The translations under genes and the position numbers were made by a program. The notes below the pieces were generated by a model. It was given only the letters and a program-made list of their open reading frames with translations. It made no database searches and had not been told where the DNA came from. DNA of 64,000 nt from Podarcis gaigeae. Lineage: Eukaryota. The stretch lies in NCBI GenBank assembly GCA_964106915.2, contig OZ066920.1; one strand, given 5' to 3'. Below are positions 38,858-51,197 of the stretch, in pieces (position 1 is the first letter of the stretch; each line of letters starts with the position of its first letter).

Positions 38858-39219
38858 ACTAAACGTACAATCTTTTCTACATAATTCAGTTTTTCATAAA
38901 GCATTCATGTAATTCTGCATTCAAAGTGCTTGGCTATTCAGAAACTTCAGGTCTTATAGCACTGCTCTTTATGTTAGTATTTATCTACTTAAAGATGTTA
39001 GAGCTGGTTCCCATTTCACTGATTAAAGCTTTAGTATAAATAGATAGGGACTAAGCCTCAATGTGTAAAATGCAAAATTTCAGCAACCTTCATCCTAGTC
39101 TGAACTTCCAAGTGTTTTATTTTAGCTTTGGTATTTTTGAGAGACCAGCCAGTCAGAGTAGAGTGGCTGACTCTCTGGGACAGAGACCTAGTATTTGGTC
39201 CCTGTCTTCTGCTTCAGCC

Positions 39220-39597
39220 CTTAACTGTCAGGGGGCCTTTACCTTAGGGACGCGAGTGGCACTGTGGTCTAAACCACTGAGCCCCTTGGGCTTGCCGATC
39301 ATAAGGTCAGTGGTTTGAATCCCCGTGATGGAGCCCCCGTTGCTCAGTCCCAGCTCCTGCCAACCCACAGCTGTCAACTTTTCCCTTTCTTGCGAGGAAT
39401 CCTATTTGGAATAAGGGAATTTCCCTTTAAAAAAGGGAAAAGTTGACAGCTATGTGCCAACCTAGCAGTTTGAAAGCACACAAAAAAGTGCAAGTAGATA
39501 AATAGGTATCGCTCCGGCAAGAAGGTAAATGGCATTTCCGTGTGCTGCTCTGGTTTCGGTGTTCTGTTGCGCCAGAAGCGGCTTATGCTGGCCACAT
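39220..39597 (+). mobile_element. Sauria SINE, 3'-truncated, preceded by an isolated SINE tail and interrupted by a MITE
   Basis: Tail CTTAACTGTCAGGGGGCCTTTACCTT (39220-39245) directly abuts head GGGACGCGAGTGGC (39247). Confidence 0.8.
39366..39454. mobile_element. 89-bp hAT-type MITE nested in a Sauria SINE
   Basis: TIR CACAGCTGTCAACTTTTCCCTTT / AAAGGGAAAAGTTGACAGCTATG; 8-bp TSD TGCCAACC. Confidence 0.85.
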
Positions 39598-40259
39598 CCA
39601 TGGAGGTGGGGTGGATGAAGAAGATAAAATGAGCTTGAATCCTAACAAGACAAGCACTATAGGAGAGTGGTTCCCATGTGAGATAAATTGGTCCACTGTC
39701 GCCCTGGATGGAGTTGCACACCCCCTGAAGCAGCAAGTATGAAGTTTGGCAGCGCTTCTGGATTACTGTTATGAGGCAGGCATCTTCACTGTAATCTTTT
39801 ACGTGCCCACTTTAAACATTTTTGTTTAGTCTACCCACGCATGTAGAAGTTATAGCTATTGTTGATTTTAATCATATGTTTAATACCTGTTTTTAACTCT
39901 CCCCCCCCCCAATAATTTAATAGTTTATATGTAACTGCTCACCAACACATTCGAGCTGTAAATCTTTCAGTATTGAGCTAAGCAATATGAATCCCTATAT
40001 TTGCATACACTTTCAGATCTTTAACCAGGCCTTTTTGGCTGAGTGACAACTTTAAAAATGTGCTGGGGAGTGGTTTTAACTTTAACTACGCATTTCGTTG
40101 GTTTCTATATTGTGATTTTATGTTGCAACCGCCCCGAGACCTGCACGGTATAGGGCGGTACAGTATACAAAGAAGGATTAATAATAACAATGTGCTTGTT
40201 TCCAACGTAATTGTAAAAAGCCTCTGGGAGCGAGTTCTAACGCGATTTCCAATGCAGCC

Positions 40260-40700
40260 CTATACGTGCCAATTAAGAGGAGGGGGCGGCGGGTGGGCTT
40301 TGCCTCCGCAGCGCCCGACGCCTCGGGCACCATAGTAACCTCTCATCAGGCCCGGAGCCGGGAGAGGGCGACGTGCCGGGCTCCACGCAGGCCTCTCTCC
40401 TCGCGCCGCTCCGGCGACTGGGCCCTCCCTCCCTCCGCCTCGCCTCGCCTCGCCCGTCGTCGTCGCTCCTGTTCCTGCTGCTCGGCCTGGCGGGGCGGGA
40501 CCTCACGAGGCGGGCGGCTGGGTTGCGGTGCTGGCGGTGGTGAGTAGCGGCGGGCCGAGGGCGAGGGGCGCAGGTGAGGGTCTCAGGCCCTCGGAGAGTG
40601 GCTTCTCGGCTGCTTTCCTCGGCCAGCTGCCTTTCCCTCCGTGGCGACGGCGGGCCTCGCGCTTTCCCCCTCCGTTCCTTAAGTAACCTTCAGGGCGGAG
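40260..40700 (+). promoter_or_regulatory. SIRT5: CpG-island promoter and non-coding exon 1 of SIRT5
   Basis: Sharp GC/CpG-rich island with GGGCGG boxes; donor-like sites GTG|gtgagt (40540) and CAG|gtgagg (40574) about 2.3 kb upstream of the first coding exon. Confidence 0.75.
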
Positions 40701-41260
40701 TAAACACATGTGAGAAAACAATTTTCCTCGCCCCGATATTCACGGAAGCCACCAGGAAGTGTATGCATATTTGTATGTATATACATACGTGTGTGTGTGT
40801 GTGTGTGTGTGTTTGTATACACACACATTGTGAGTATAGGAGCCTATATTCCCTAGGGACTGAGGTTCCTCCCCCCCCCACTAATATTTGAGGGGGCTGC
40901 CCACCCCTAAAATTGATGGGCATTGCCATTCCAATAGAGAGAGAGAGTGTGTGTGTCATGCAATGTCATGTAATAGATTATGTGGGGTGGGACTTACCTG
41001 TCCTCCCCCCCCCCCCCATATTTTATTCAAGTTGGCACCCCTGAATGTGGCAGTGGGGGGGGGGTTCCCCAGTCCTCTTCATTCACTCTTTCATCAGGAA
41101 CAGAAGTTACTCTAATAAAAGGCATGGTGCTTCTCCGTTGTGTCTCTGCCCCCTACCCCCCCTCCTCATTTTACATCGAAAGGGGTCCATCAGCTGTATA
41201 GATCCTAAATTTAAAGAGGCGCTTATGTAAAAATAAAAAGGGCTTGGTAGGCTTGGCTCT

Positions 41261-41352
41261 GCAGATCCAGGTGCTTTTACTTCTGTTTTGTGTATGTAGC
41301 TAAAGAAACCAGATCCAGGTGCTGTTACTTCTGTTTTGTGTATGTAGCTAAG
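41261..41352. repeat. 48-bp tandem duplication
   Basis: CAGATCCAGGTGCT(T/G)TTACTTCTGTTTTGTGTATGTAGCTAA occurs twice. Confidence 0.85.
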
Positions 41353-42413
41353 GAAACTAGCACAGGTACAAAATAGAGTTTTTTCCAACCCGATACATAG
41401 TCAGTTGAGACTGGATTTCAGCATAGGTCTTTGTGGTCCAGTTTCAGAGGCAAGCATACCAGTGCTAACATGGATCTCCAGGTATTGCTCTCTTTTTTCT
41501 TAGCAGCGTTGTGTTTTATATCCTGCCTTCCAAATAATTCAGGTGGTTTCACGTCCAGAATACGCCCCACTCTGGCCTCTGCCATGTACCTCCCCCCACC
41601 CTACCCTAAACTTGAAACAAACTGTTTGGGATGTAACCTTGCTACTGTTAAAAGTGCTCTGTACTTAGTGCATAATGTTTCGAGAGCAGAAATGCCCAGA
41701 CTTTATTAAATATGGTGAAACTGTTTTCATCTGTTATATGCTATATGGCATCCTAAGTATCATTAGCTGGAGATCTTTGTAGCAAGCAAACCTTCAGAGT
41801 TTGATTTGATCCAGTTTGCCTAGCCTAGAGAGAACTGAATGGCTCAACTAATAGTTTTTAAAATGTTCTAGCAGCTTGTATAAATCAGTACATAATAGTA
41901 TTGCCGTCAGACAATAGACAAGGTTTTCCAGAACGAGGCATCTCTCTCCTGGGATAAGGGAACATCAGGTTAGGAAGCTTGGTAGAGTTTTTGTATGTGA
42001 ATCAATCAGGATAGGGAAATTGCAACTCCTGGTTTTTATGAAATGTGGCAAATATGGCTGGAGAATATCCAGTTGAAAGGTATATGTAATTAAAAACTTT
42101 GCTTACACAGGCAGTTTAGGACTAGAAGAGAATTCCTGTTTACAATGGAATTTTAATAGTCCCAGTGAAGATAAAATACATACTGTATTGTGTTGTAGAA
42201 AACCTCTTGAGAATCATCTCATATACTTTGTTTAATCCATGCCCCAGAGTGAAATTGATTAAAGAACTCGCAGACAAAGGGTTAATTTGGCACCACTGTT
42301 GTCAAAGGCTAGGTTAAAGAACAGAGCCTCTCTGCTATGACCTGCAATTAAAAGTCCACATGCTTCAGTTAGCAGCAATTGCAACTAGCAACAGACATAC
42401 AGAAGTGTAGGTA

Positions 42414-42542
42414 CAGATAGGTAGCCGTGTTGGTCTGCCATAGTCAAAACAAAAAAAATTCCTTCCAGTAGCACCTTAAAGACCAACTAAGTCAGTTCTT
42501 GGTATGAGCTTTCGTGTGCATGCACACTTCTTCAGATACCTT
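42414..42542. mobile_element. Penelope-like element terminal fragment
   Basis: 14-bp TSD CAGAAGTGTAGGTA (42400-42413 / 42543-42556); carries the hammerhead motif; near-identical to the copy at 55229. Confidence 0.7.
42501..42540 (-). ncRNA. Minimal type I hammerhead ribozyme motif (Penelope-associated)
   Basis: Minus strand reads GGUAU-CUGAAGA-A-GUGUGC-AU-GCACAC-GAAA-GC-UC-AUACC: stem I GGUAU/AUACC, CUGANGA and GAAA core, stem II, palindromic AGCU stem III, UC cleavage site. Confidence 0.75.
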
Positions 42543-42890
42543 CAGAAGTGTAGGTAGTCTTCTTTCTTCCCATTCTAGCACTAAAGAAGTTGTCAGTACC
42601 ATGAGTGTTGCTCTTCTACCACTCATGCTGGCCTTCCTGTTAGAATCTTCCCTCAGCTAAGTCTCCAGCTGCTAAGCTAAAGTGCATTGCAGAAATAGCT
42701 CTCTCTTTCTGAGCACAGTGGCAAATATTTAAACAACCCAATGAGGAAGCTGGACACTAATCACAATGGAAGTGGGGTCCCAGATAACTCCAGAGGCAGA
42801 CAGCAGATGGAGTTTCCTTTGCCATCTTGTCAAATACATTCAGATTTTTTAATTTAACTTTCTTCCATGTTAGGACCGTAAGGAATCCTG

Positions 42891-45800
42891 ATGAATCTTT
42901 TCCACTTTACCACAAGAAGGCTGGTTTCTCAAGTATATTGTGGACTGAAACCTGCTTCTTCCAAGAAACAAAGGACGTGCTTTGAAATGGCCCGACCAAG
43001 TTCAAGTAAGATAAGATTCTGCCCATGGTGTATATTTGTTTTCGTGTCCACACACAATATGATTTCTATGAACTGATTATTTTTGTTCCTGTTGTAAATA
43101 ATGAATCTTGAAATCTTAAAAGTTTGAAACCTTCCATTTGAATCACTTGGGTTTGGAGAGCTATGTTGGTGAAGATGATTGTACAGATGATGAGATTTGT
43201 GTAATTACTCCTATTTTTAAAGATGTAGCTTATTAAAAACAAGGGGACATTAAAGAGATATTAGGAGACATCTATTCACCTTCCTGTTTAAGAGTAGAAC
43301 TGCATTCTGTCTTTACAAATATGTGTGCCTCAAGTCCATCTGTGGAAAAAGGGAGTAATTGTGAGGGAGACTCTGTAAAAGGAAAAATTCTCCCTTACAA
43401 ATATTTCCCAACAGCTGGGCTTTCTTCTGGTTTTAGAGCCCAGCTAGATTTAATAACAAAAAAATTAAAAAGATGGAGGAGGGAGAATATTTGTGTTCCT
43501 CATAATGTGCAACAGGATATTACCAATGTGAGACAGCTTGTGTTTCTTCAATGTCTGGAAATTCTGTAAGTTGCTGATTCTTTATTTCTAAATCCATTTG
43601 AGATTGGACTTGCTTTTATGGTTCAACATAATTTGTGGTCCTGCTGCTTTTCTTAAAACTGTACTGCATTGTGTTAGCCATGAATATAGAAATGCAGTCA
43701 TAATGGGAGGTAACCCAGAAGGCCACTAACATGTGATCCTAAGAAGGCATCACTAATTTTACAAGAATAAATCAGTTAAAATAGTTACCGTATTTTTCGC
43801 CCTATAGGACGCACCGGCCCATAGGATGCACCTAGTTTTTTGGGGGGGAAATCAAGGAAATTTTTTTATTTCCCCCCCAGGTTTGCGCAGCCACCCCCAA
43901 GCTAGAAGAGGGAGACAGAGCGCTCCGTCTCCCTCTTCTGCCTTCAGGGACAGCCTCTCTAGCCTCCGTGGGGCAGCGGCTTGCCCCGCTGTCCCCCGAG
44001 CTTGAGGGCTGGCGATGGGGAGAAGCAAGCTTGCTTCTCCCCCCCGCCAGCCTCCAGATCAGGTCGGGTAATAGCGGGGTGGCGGCGCTTCGCCTCCCCG
44101 CTATCCCCCGAACTTGTGGGGCTGGTGGGGGGGGGAGAAGCAAACTTGCTTCTCCCCCCCCCCCGCCAGCCTCCAGATCAGGTCGGGGAATAGCGGGGTG
44201 GCAGCGCTCTGCCTCCCCGCTGTCCCCTGAGCTTTTGGGCTGCAGAATGCTGCCCGCAAGCCTTGCGAACCCGACCCCTCTCGCTCTCCAGGCTTCAGCG
44301 AAAGCCTGCATTCGCCCCATAGGACGCACACACATTTCCCCTTCATTTTTGGAGGGGGAAAAGTGCGTCCTATAGGGCGAAAAATACGGTAGATCCACCC
44401 AAAGGAGCTCACCCGTACAACTTTCATTTTTAAAACTTATTTTGTACATTTAAATGCCTTAAATAAAATGAGAAGTTGTATTCTGTTATGTATAGACAAG
44501 AGTCTGTATAACCAAGTACTTCAGTTTTTAATATCAGCAGGTCAGGTCTTGTTTCTAAGCACTTTCTAGTTTTCCTATGTAAGATTCCTTAATGAGCTGA
44601 AATGGAGGCCTCATAAAGCAAAGCATGCATTCCATTTTATTTAATTTTTAATCATGAACTGGCTTACCTTTAAAGATCAATAGGGTATATACTTCAGTAC
44701 ACCGAGTTGCGTCATGAATGAAATTATTCATGCGCTACAGTTTTGCTTTTAAAAAACCCCTCCATTTTAGGACTCATCAAACTCTTAAATGTTTCGAGGG
44801 TCAACACGTAAACATAATTTTGTGTCAGACATGTCTTCTGATTGTGGTCTGCAGAAGTTTTAAGATACAAAATTTAAGCACAGGCAAAACTAGTCAAGCT
44901 CACAGAGACTGATTTGTCCAGGTCATCCATTCCAGACATCTTTAAAGCTGAGGAGTTTCAAACTTTGGTTTTCCACTTTCAGATAAAAAATAGCTTTTGT
45001 ACGTGCTTAAAATGTGTCATTTAGAAATAAATCTGACTTTTTCATCTTTTCTCTTTTTTAAAAAAGGTATGGCTGATTTTCGAGAAGTATTTGCTAAAGC
45101 AAAGCATATAGCTATTATTACAGGGGCTGGTGTCAGTGCTGAGAGTGGTGTTCCAACCTTCCGAGGTGCAGGGGGCTACTGGAGGAAATGGCAAGCTCAG
45201 GTGTGTGCTACTGACCCGTTTTCCCCCCAGGATGCTAAATACTGCTACGTAATAGCCTTTAAGTGCAATTCCACACATATTTACTCATAACTAAACCCTG
45301 CTGAGTTTAATGAGGTTTGCTCCCAAATAAGCATAGGACTGCAACCCTAGTAGTTTTGAGGGAATGTAAGGGCATAGTTATATTTGTTTATTAAAACGTT
45401 TATTTCTCTCCTTTTCGTCAGGGAGCCCAAGGTATTGTATATGGTCCTCCCCTTCCTCATTTCATCCTCACAACAACCCTAGGAGGTAGTTAAGGCTCGG
45501 AGATACTGGCCGGGTTTGCACAACATGGTAAACCAAACTATGGCTTAGTTAAGGTTGGATATTGTAGCTATAAAGTCATCTTGTAGACTTGGTTCCAAAA
45601 TGGTGATTTCAGGCTAAATAAGTATCTGCTAGGTCAGAGCTTTTCAAACTTCATATTGGTGACACACTTTTTAGACATGCATCATTTTGTGACACAGTAA
45701 TTCAGCTTTACTATAAGAGTACAGGGAGCGTTCGTGGGACACACCTACACACTGCAGCCAACACACTAACATGTCGCGACACACAGTTTGGAAAGCTCTG

Positions 45801-48800
45801 TGCTAGGTGTTTTCTAGATATCAGGTTATACACCTAGGATTCTGGGATAAAGAAACAATTGGCTACAATCCATTTTTAAGAATGTAAAGTCTGGCTGCGG
45901 TCCAAATCGGTCCTACGCCTTAAACAAAACACACAGATTTCCAGATAGGCAGCGAGCAGAAATTAATAGAAACTGGCAGTCTTTATATTGGCCAAGCTAG
46001 GGATTGATTTTGGTTGGCATGTTAGATAAAAGACAAAGTAGTTACCGTGCAAAGTGGTTATATGTACAGTGGCAGAAAAACTGGAGGAGATTTTGTGAAG
46101 CTGAATGCATTTCAGTGTTATAGCAACACTCTGATCTAAATGTTGCATTTTAAGAAAGCCCTATTGATTGGCTTCTCAGTTCTGAATTGTTAAGTAGTGT
46201 TCTGATCCCGTGTTTTATATTGTTCAATTGAGTTTCCGCTTTGTTATTGTGTGTGATATAAAGCAAATAAAGGGTGGCATTCATCTAAGTTTTACCCTTG
46301 AGTAGATTCAATGAAATTAATGAACACAAATAAGGTCTGTTGATTTCAGTGAGTTTTCTCCAAGTATAACTTAATTTAATACCACCCAAAAGACTTACCT
46401 CGATCTAGATTACTCCATTGTTGTCTGTGAAGTACAGTGGTGCCCCGCAAGACAAATGCCTCGCAAGACGAAAAACCCGCTAGATGAAAGGGTTTTCCAT
46501 TTTTCGAGGCGCTTCGCAAGACGATTTTCCCTATGGGCTTGCTTCGCAAGACGAAAACGTATTGCGAGTCTTGCGAGTTTTTTTCCTTTCCCCCCCTTTT
46601 TCTAAGCCGCTAATAGCTGCTAAGCCGCTAATAGCGCTAAGCTGCTAATAGGGATGCTTCGCAAGACGAAAAAACCGCTAGACGAAGAGACTTGCGGAAC
46701 GGATTATTTTCATCTTGCGAGGCACCACTGTACTGAACACACTGAAACACAGTATATAAATGCCAAATATTGTGCTTATGGCTGCTTGCAAATGAATGTG
46801 AGCCTTTATAATTAGGTATGGGCGTTCTATTGACAAAGCAACAAATGATTCCTCCCCCTCTACCCCACAGGAACTGGCTACTCCAGAGGCTTTTGCAAGG
46901 AATCCCTCTAGGGTGTGGGAATTCTACCATTACCGTAGAGAGCTTATGATGAGTAAACATCCAAACCCCGCACACACTGCCATAGCAGAGTGTGAGGCCA
47001 GGCTAAGCAAGCAAGGAAGGAGTGTTGTGGTTATCACGCAGAACATTGATGAGCTCCACAGAAAAGCGGGAACAAAGCACCTCTTAGAAATCCATGGTAA
47101 GGAATCCCCAGCAGTGTGTTACAGATATCTCATTCAGCTATCCTTTATAAGATGTTTGTTGATATTTGCAATCATAAAGACATGGAAATTAAAGACCTGA
47201 GAATTAGCTACGATGGGACATTTCCCCTCCCATTTCCTCTCTCAGGTTTCTTTGAAGGCATGCACAAGATGGAACTTGCTTAATTGCAGCTGGAAGACAT
47301 GTGATAGCGAAGAATTGTACCTGTGTTTTTCCTTTACTGAATTAAAAGCAGAGGAGGGGTTTTGATTGGGAAACAATATTTGTTGTGTTGGAGGAAGTAT
47401 TAAGCAGAAATGCTGCTTTAATCAAATTGGGAAACTGCATGGCTGCATTTCATTAAAAAAGAAAACACTGGGGAATTCAATAATAGTTCTCCTGTATAAT
47501 GTGTAAATCAGCCTTGAAAGGCACATTAGAAATTACCATAGAGGGTAGAAACTAAATTAGTAAACAAATCAGGGCCCAGAAGGTCAAACACAGCCTTTCA
47601 TATATGTACTAGCATCTTGAGGTGTTTCCCTTTCCCAGTGAAACATCCTTTGTCCGACTGAGCTATTCTTGAAGGATGGGCAGTGCCCCTGCTTTAGGAA
47701 TAAATGGGACGCGGGTGGCGCTGTGGGTTAAACCACAGAGCCTAGGACTTGCTGATTGAAAGGTCGGCGGTTTGAATCCCCGCGGCAGGGTGAGCTCCCG
47801 TCGTTCGGTCCCAGCTCCTGCCCACCTAGCAGTTCGAAAGCACCCCTAAGTGCAAGTATAGAAATAGGGACCGCTTTATAGTGAGAAGGTAAACGTCGTT
47901 TCCGTGTGCGCCGCTGGTGCTGGCTCACGAGATGCAGCTTCGTCATGCTGGCCACGTGACCCGGAAGTGTCTTTGGACAGCGCCGGCTCCCGGCCTCTTG
48001 AGCGAGATGAGCGCGCAACCCTAGAGTCGGTCACGACTGGCCCTGACGGGCAGGGGTACATTTACCTTTTTGCTTTAGGAATGGGATTCTGCAGATTCTG
48101 GCTGTAGTATTTAATTCACTTCTTTTAAGAAGTTTGTTTGTTGCTTCTACAAGGCATGATTTTTAGAATCTAGAAAAGTAGCCTCACTAAATCTGCTGTT
48201 GACTATGTACTTTGTAGAATTATACAATATCTGTGTGTATGACTTGTAGTATGAGGAACAAATAGTTACTTGGGAAATGGTGAAAATTATTAACATATGA
48301 TATTTATTTGGGCTTGCATTTTTGCAGCTCCTGTTGCTTAAACATTTCGATTGTCTACTTTGGCTAGCCAGTAGGTTGTTTCACTAATAAATGCTTTATA
48401 ATATTCTTCCAGGCTCAAAGTGCTGAATTAGGCTATTTTCAGTTCTTGTAAGATGTATGAGAATCACACTGCTGGTATGATGTGTTAGAAGTTTTGTATT
48501 ATCAACTGTGAAGTCCATGTTTAAAATATGGGATTGTTATTTACAGGTAGCTTATTCAAAACCCGATGCACCAGTTGTGGAACTGTGACAGCAAATCACA
48601 AGAGTCCAATCTGTCCTGCTTTGGATGGGAAAGGGTAATGGATCTGTGCTGTGTTACCTACAGTTTGTGTCTGTTGGCTCCTAATGTAGACATTTTCTCC
48701 TGTCAGATTAGGTGAACATTCAGTAGATGAGATACTGCATACTTCATAGGGTACTGATCCAGAGGGCCCTTCAACCTTTGGAAGGGCTTTTTCCCCCTGC

Positions 48801-51197
48801 AGGTGTGGGGGCTGATGCTTAAAGGGAATGATTAAAAGCTCCTGTCCTGCTCAAGAGTAGAGCTGCCTTTCACACCAGTCTGGATCCCAGTAATAGAGCT
48901 TAAGTAGTCTGCTCTGAGTAGGACCAGCATTGAATACCACTTGATGAGCAGGATTTTCCTAACCAGGCCCATCAGCAGAAGCCTTGAACAATTATTTCTG
49001 CTTGCATATTGGGCTTTGCGTGCCCCCCCCCAAATTGTCTCTTGGAAGGTTGGGAGAACCCCCAGAACAGTGCAGGGGGGCAGGAGAGGGGGATTGTTCC
49101 ATCTCGCAAGCTGTGGTGCTCGCACAGAAAAAAGAATTGGAAGAGCATGACATTGAGTTCCACCCCATGTGGTGATTATTATTATTATTATTATTATTAT
49201 TACACTTGCAATGTTCACAATCTTTATTTGCATTTATAGTGCTCCAGATCCAGATGCTGAGGACAGCCAGATTCCTGTAGAAGATCTTCCTCGGTGAGTG
49301 TTGAGCGCTGCTGAAGCATTCAAAAATTGCATGCAAAGGAGATGCTCTGTTACTTAACATATTGCAGCAGAATTTGTAATAAACTAGATGAAGATTTTTA
49401 ATTGCTTTGCTTTCTTCCCAGCTTTGTGTCAGTCTAATATATATCTCCATATTTTTTCTTGGCAGGTGTGAAGAATGCAATGGCCTCTTGCGCCCTCACG
49501 TTGTATGGTTCGGAGAAACTTTGGATTCTGATATTCTTACAGAGGTTGAAAAAGAACTTGAGATTTGTGATCTTTGTTTGGTGGTAAGTGATTTTTGTTC
49601 TGTTTCTTTGTCTTTAATTTGTTAGAGCCTATAACTTAGTATTGGCTCATGTTTCCCAGGAAAGGATTCATGAAGTTAACTGTCAAATATAACAGAGATG
49701 AAATGTCAGTATTTTCACATAGCACAAGGTTGGGCATTTGAGTGGTCTAATTGAGTTGTTCAGTTGATGGCTCAAATATTGTCAGCGAATGATCAGGTCT
49801 TTTTAAAGCATTCATTGTATTAAAATAACAAGCTTCAACAGAGTTTAAACTTGTGGTGATTGCAAAAGGAAATTAATTACCAATAAATGTGAAGTTCCCT
49901 TTGCATGTGAAGTTCCCTTTGCATTGAGGCTCTTGTCATATTTTGAAATTTACAGAAGAATTGGCAGGTTATCACATATCAGTGGCTTTCAGTGGCATAT
50001 GTATAACTTATTTTACATTACCCACAATACTTATTTTAAGGGCACACAGAAACATCCTAAACTCTGCTAATCTTTGATCCAACCTGATATGTCTGCAATG
50101 AGGTAATAGTAGTCATAGGTAAAGGTAAAGGGACCTCTGACCGTTAGGTCCAGTCGCGGACAACTCTGGGGTTGTGGCGCTCATCTCGCTTTATTGGCCG
50201 AGGGAGCCGGCGTACAGCTTCCGGGTCATGTGGCCAGCATGACTAAGCCGCTTCTGTCGAACCAGAGCAGCGCACGGAAATGCCGTTTATCTTCCCACCG
50301 GAGTGGTACCTATTTATCTACTTGCACTTGACGTGCTTTCGAACTGCTAGGTGAGCAGGATCAATAGAAGCTCACCCCGTCGCGGGGATTCGAACCGCCG
50401 ACCTTCTGATCGGCAAGCCCTAGGCTCTGGTTTAGACCACAGCACCACCCGTGTCCCGCAGCTGGTATACAAACCCTTTTTTAAAAAGATCAATGCAGTC
50501 CTCAAGCTATAGTATGATTAATGTTGGAAAGGGTGGTGCATGGGGAGGAGCCTGTAGGGCGTTCCCAATGTCTGGTTGAAAAAATTTGATAGCTGCACCA
50601 AGCCAAAGTTTTGGGCAGCTAGGTTAATGCTTATGAACCACTGCATTTTCTTCTCTTTCTCAGGTTGGAACGTCCTCTATAGTATATCCTGCTGCTATGT
50701 TTGCTCCCCAGGTATCTGCCAGAGGAGTGGCAGTTGCAGAATTCAACATGCAAAGCACCCCGGCCACAGATAGGTTCAGGTAGCACCCTAATATTCTTTA
50801 GAACTAGTAAATGCCATTATCTGCAGAATTAATTAAAATGTAAAACCTGCCGTATCTAAAATGTTTGCTAGCAAAGGCAATGGAATTTTCTCACTTGCAG
50901 CCTAATCTGTAGACCAGCAAATTTGCCATTAAACTTCTTAAGCTCCATAGAAATAAATGGGATATCAAACAAATGTAAAAGATTTACTGGTTTATGGAAG
51001 GGGGGATAGGTAAAAGGACCAACAATGTTCTGATATTTGTTTAGGGTTAGGGTTTTGGAATTATTTGCCGAAGTACAATTATATTTGATTAAATACTATT
51101 TATATCCTGATTCTGTTTCAGGTTTCATTTCTCAGGTCCCTGTGGAACCACGCTGCCCCCAGCACTTGCACGCCATGAAACTGAGATAATCTCATGA
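42891..51197 (+). CDS. SIRT5: NAD-dependent protein deacylase sirtuin-5, mitochondrial (308 aa)
   Basis: Exons: 42891-43005 (acceptor at 42874), 45067-45200, 46871-47096, 48547-48634, 49240-49293, 49466-49583, 50664-50779, 51122-51197 (TGA); 927 nt. Motifs [23 protein letters not shown] (SIRT5 Tyr/Arg acyl pocket), [32 protein letters not shown]; basic N-terminal transit peptide. Confidence 0.97.
43788..44389. mobile_element. Same Tc2/pogo-like family
   Basis: Same TIRs and TA TSD; different internal duplicated unit. Confidence 0.85.
45635..45800. mobile_element. hAT-type MITE
   Basis: TIR CAGAGCTTTTCAAACT / AGTTTGGAAAGCTCTG with perfect 8-bp TSD TGCTAGGT. Confidence 0.85.
46435..46730. mobile_element. 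Tigger-like MITE with internal CGCAAGACGA repeats
   Basis: TA|CAGTGGTGCCCCGCAAGA...TCTTGCGAGGCACCACTG|TA. Confidence 0.8.
47706..48070 (+). mobile_element. Sauria SINE
   Basis: GGGACGCGGGTGGCGCTGTGG head, TTTACCTTT tail, TSD TGCTTTAGGAAT. Confidence 0.88.
50117..50457 (-). mobile_element. Sauria SINE
   Basis: AGGTAAAGGTAAAGG tail and reverse-complemented head. Confidence 0.85.

Noticed and set aside
46435-46730. Regularly recurring CGCAAGACGA units resembling a CRISPR array
   Set aside because: Eukaryotic locus, irregular spacing, bounded by TIRs and TA; internal repeats of a MITE.
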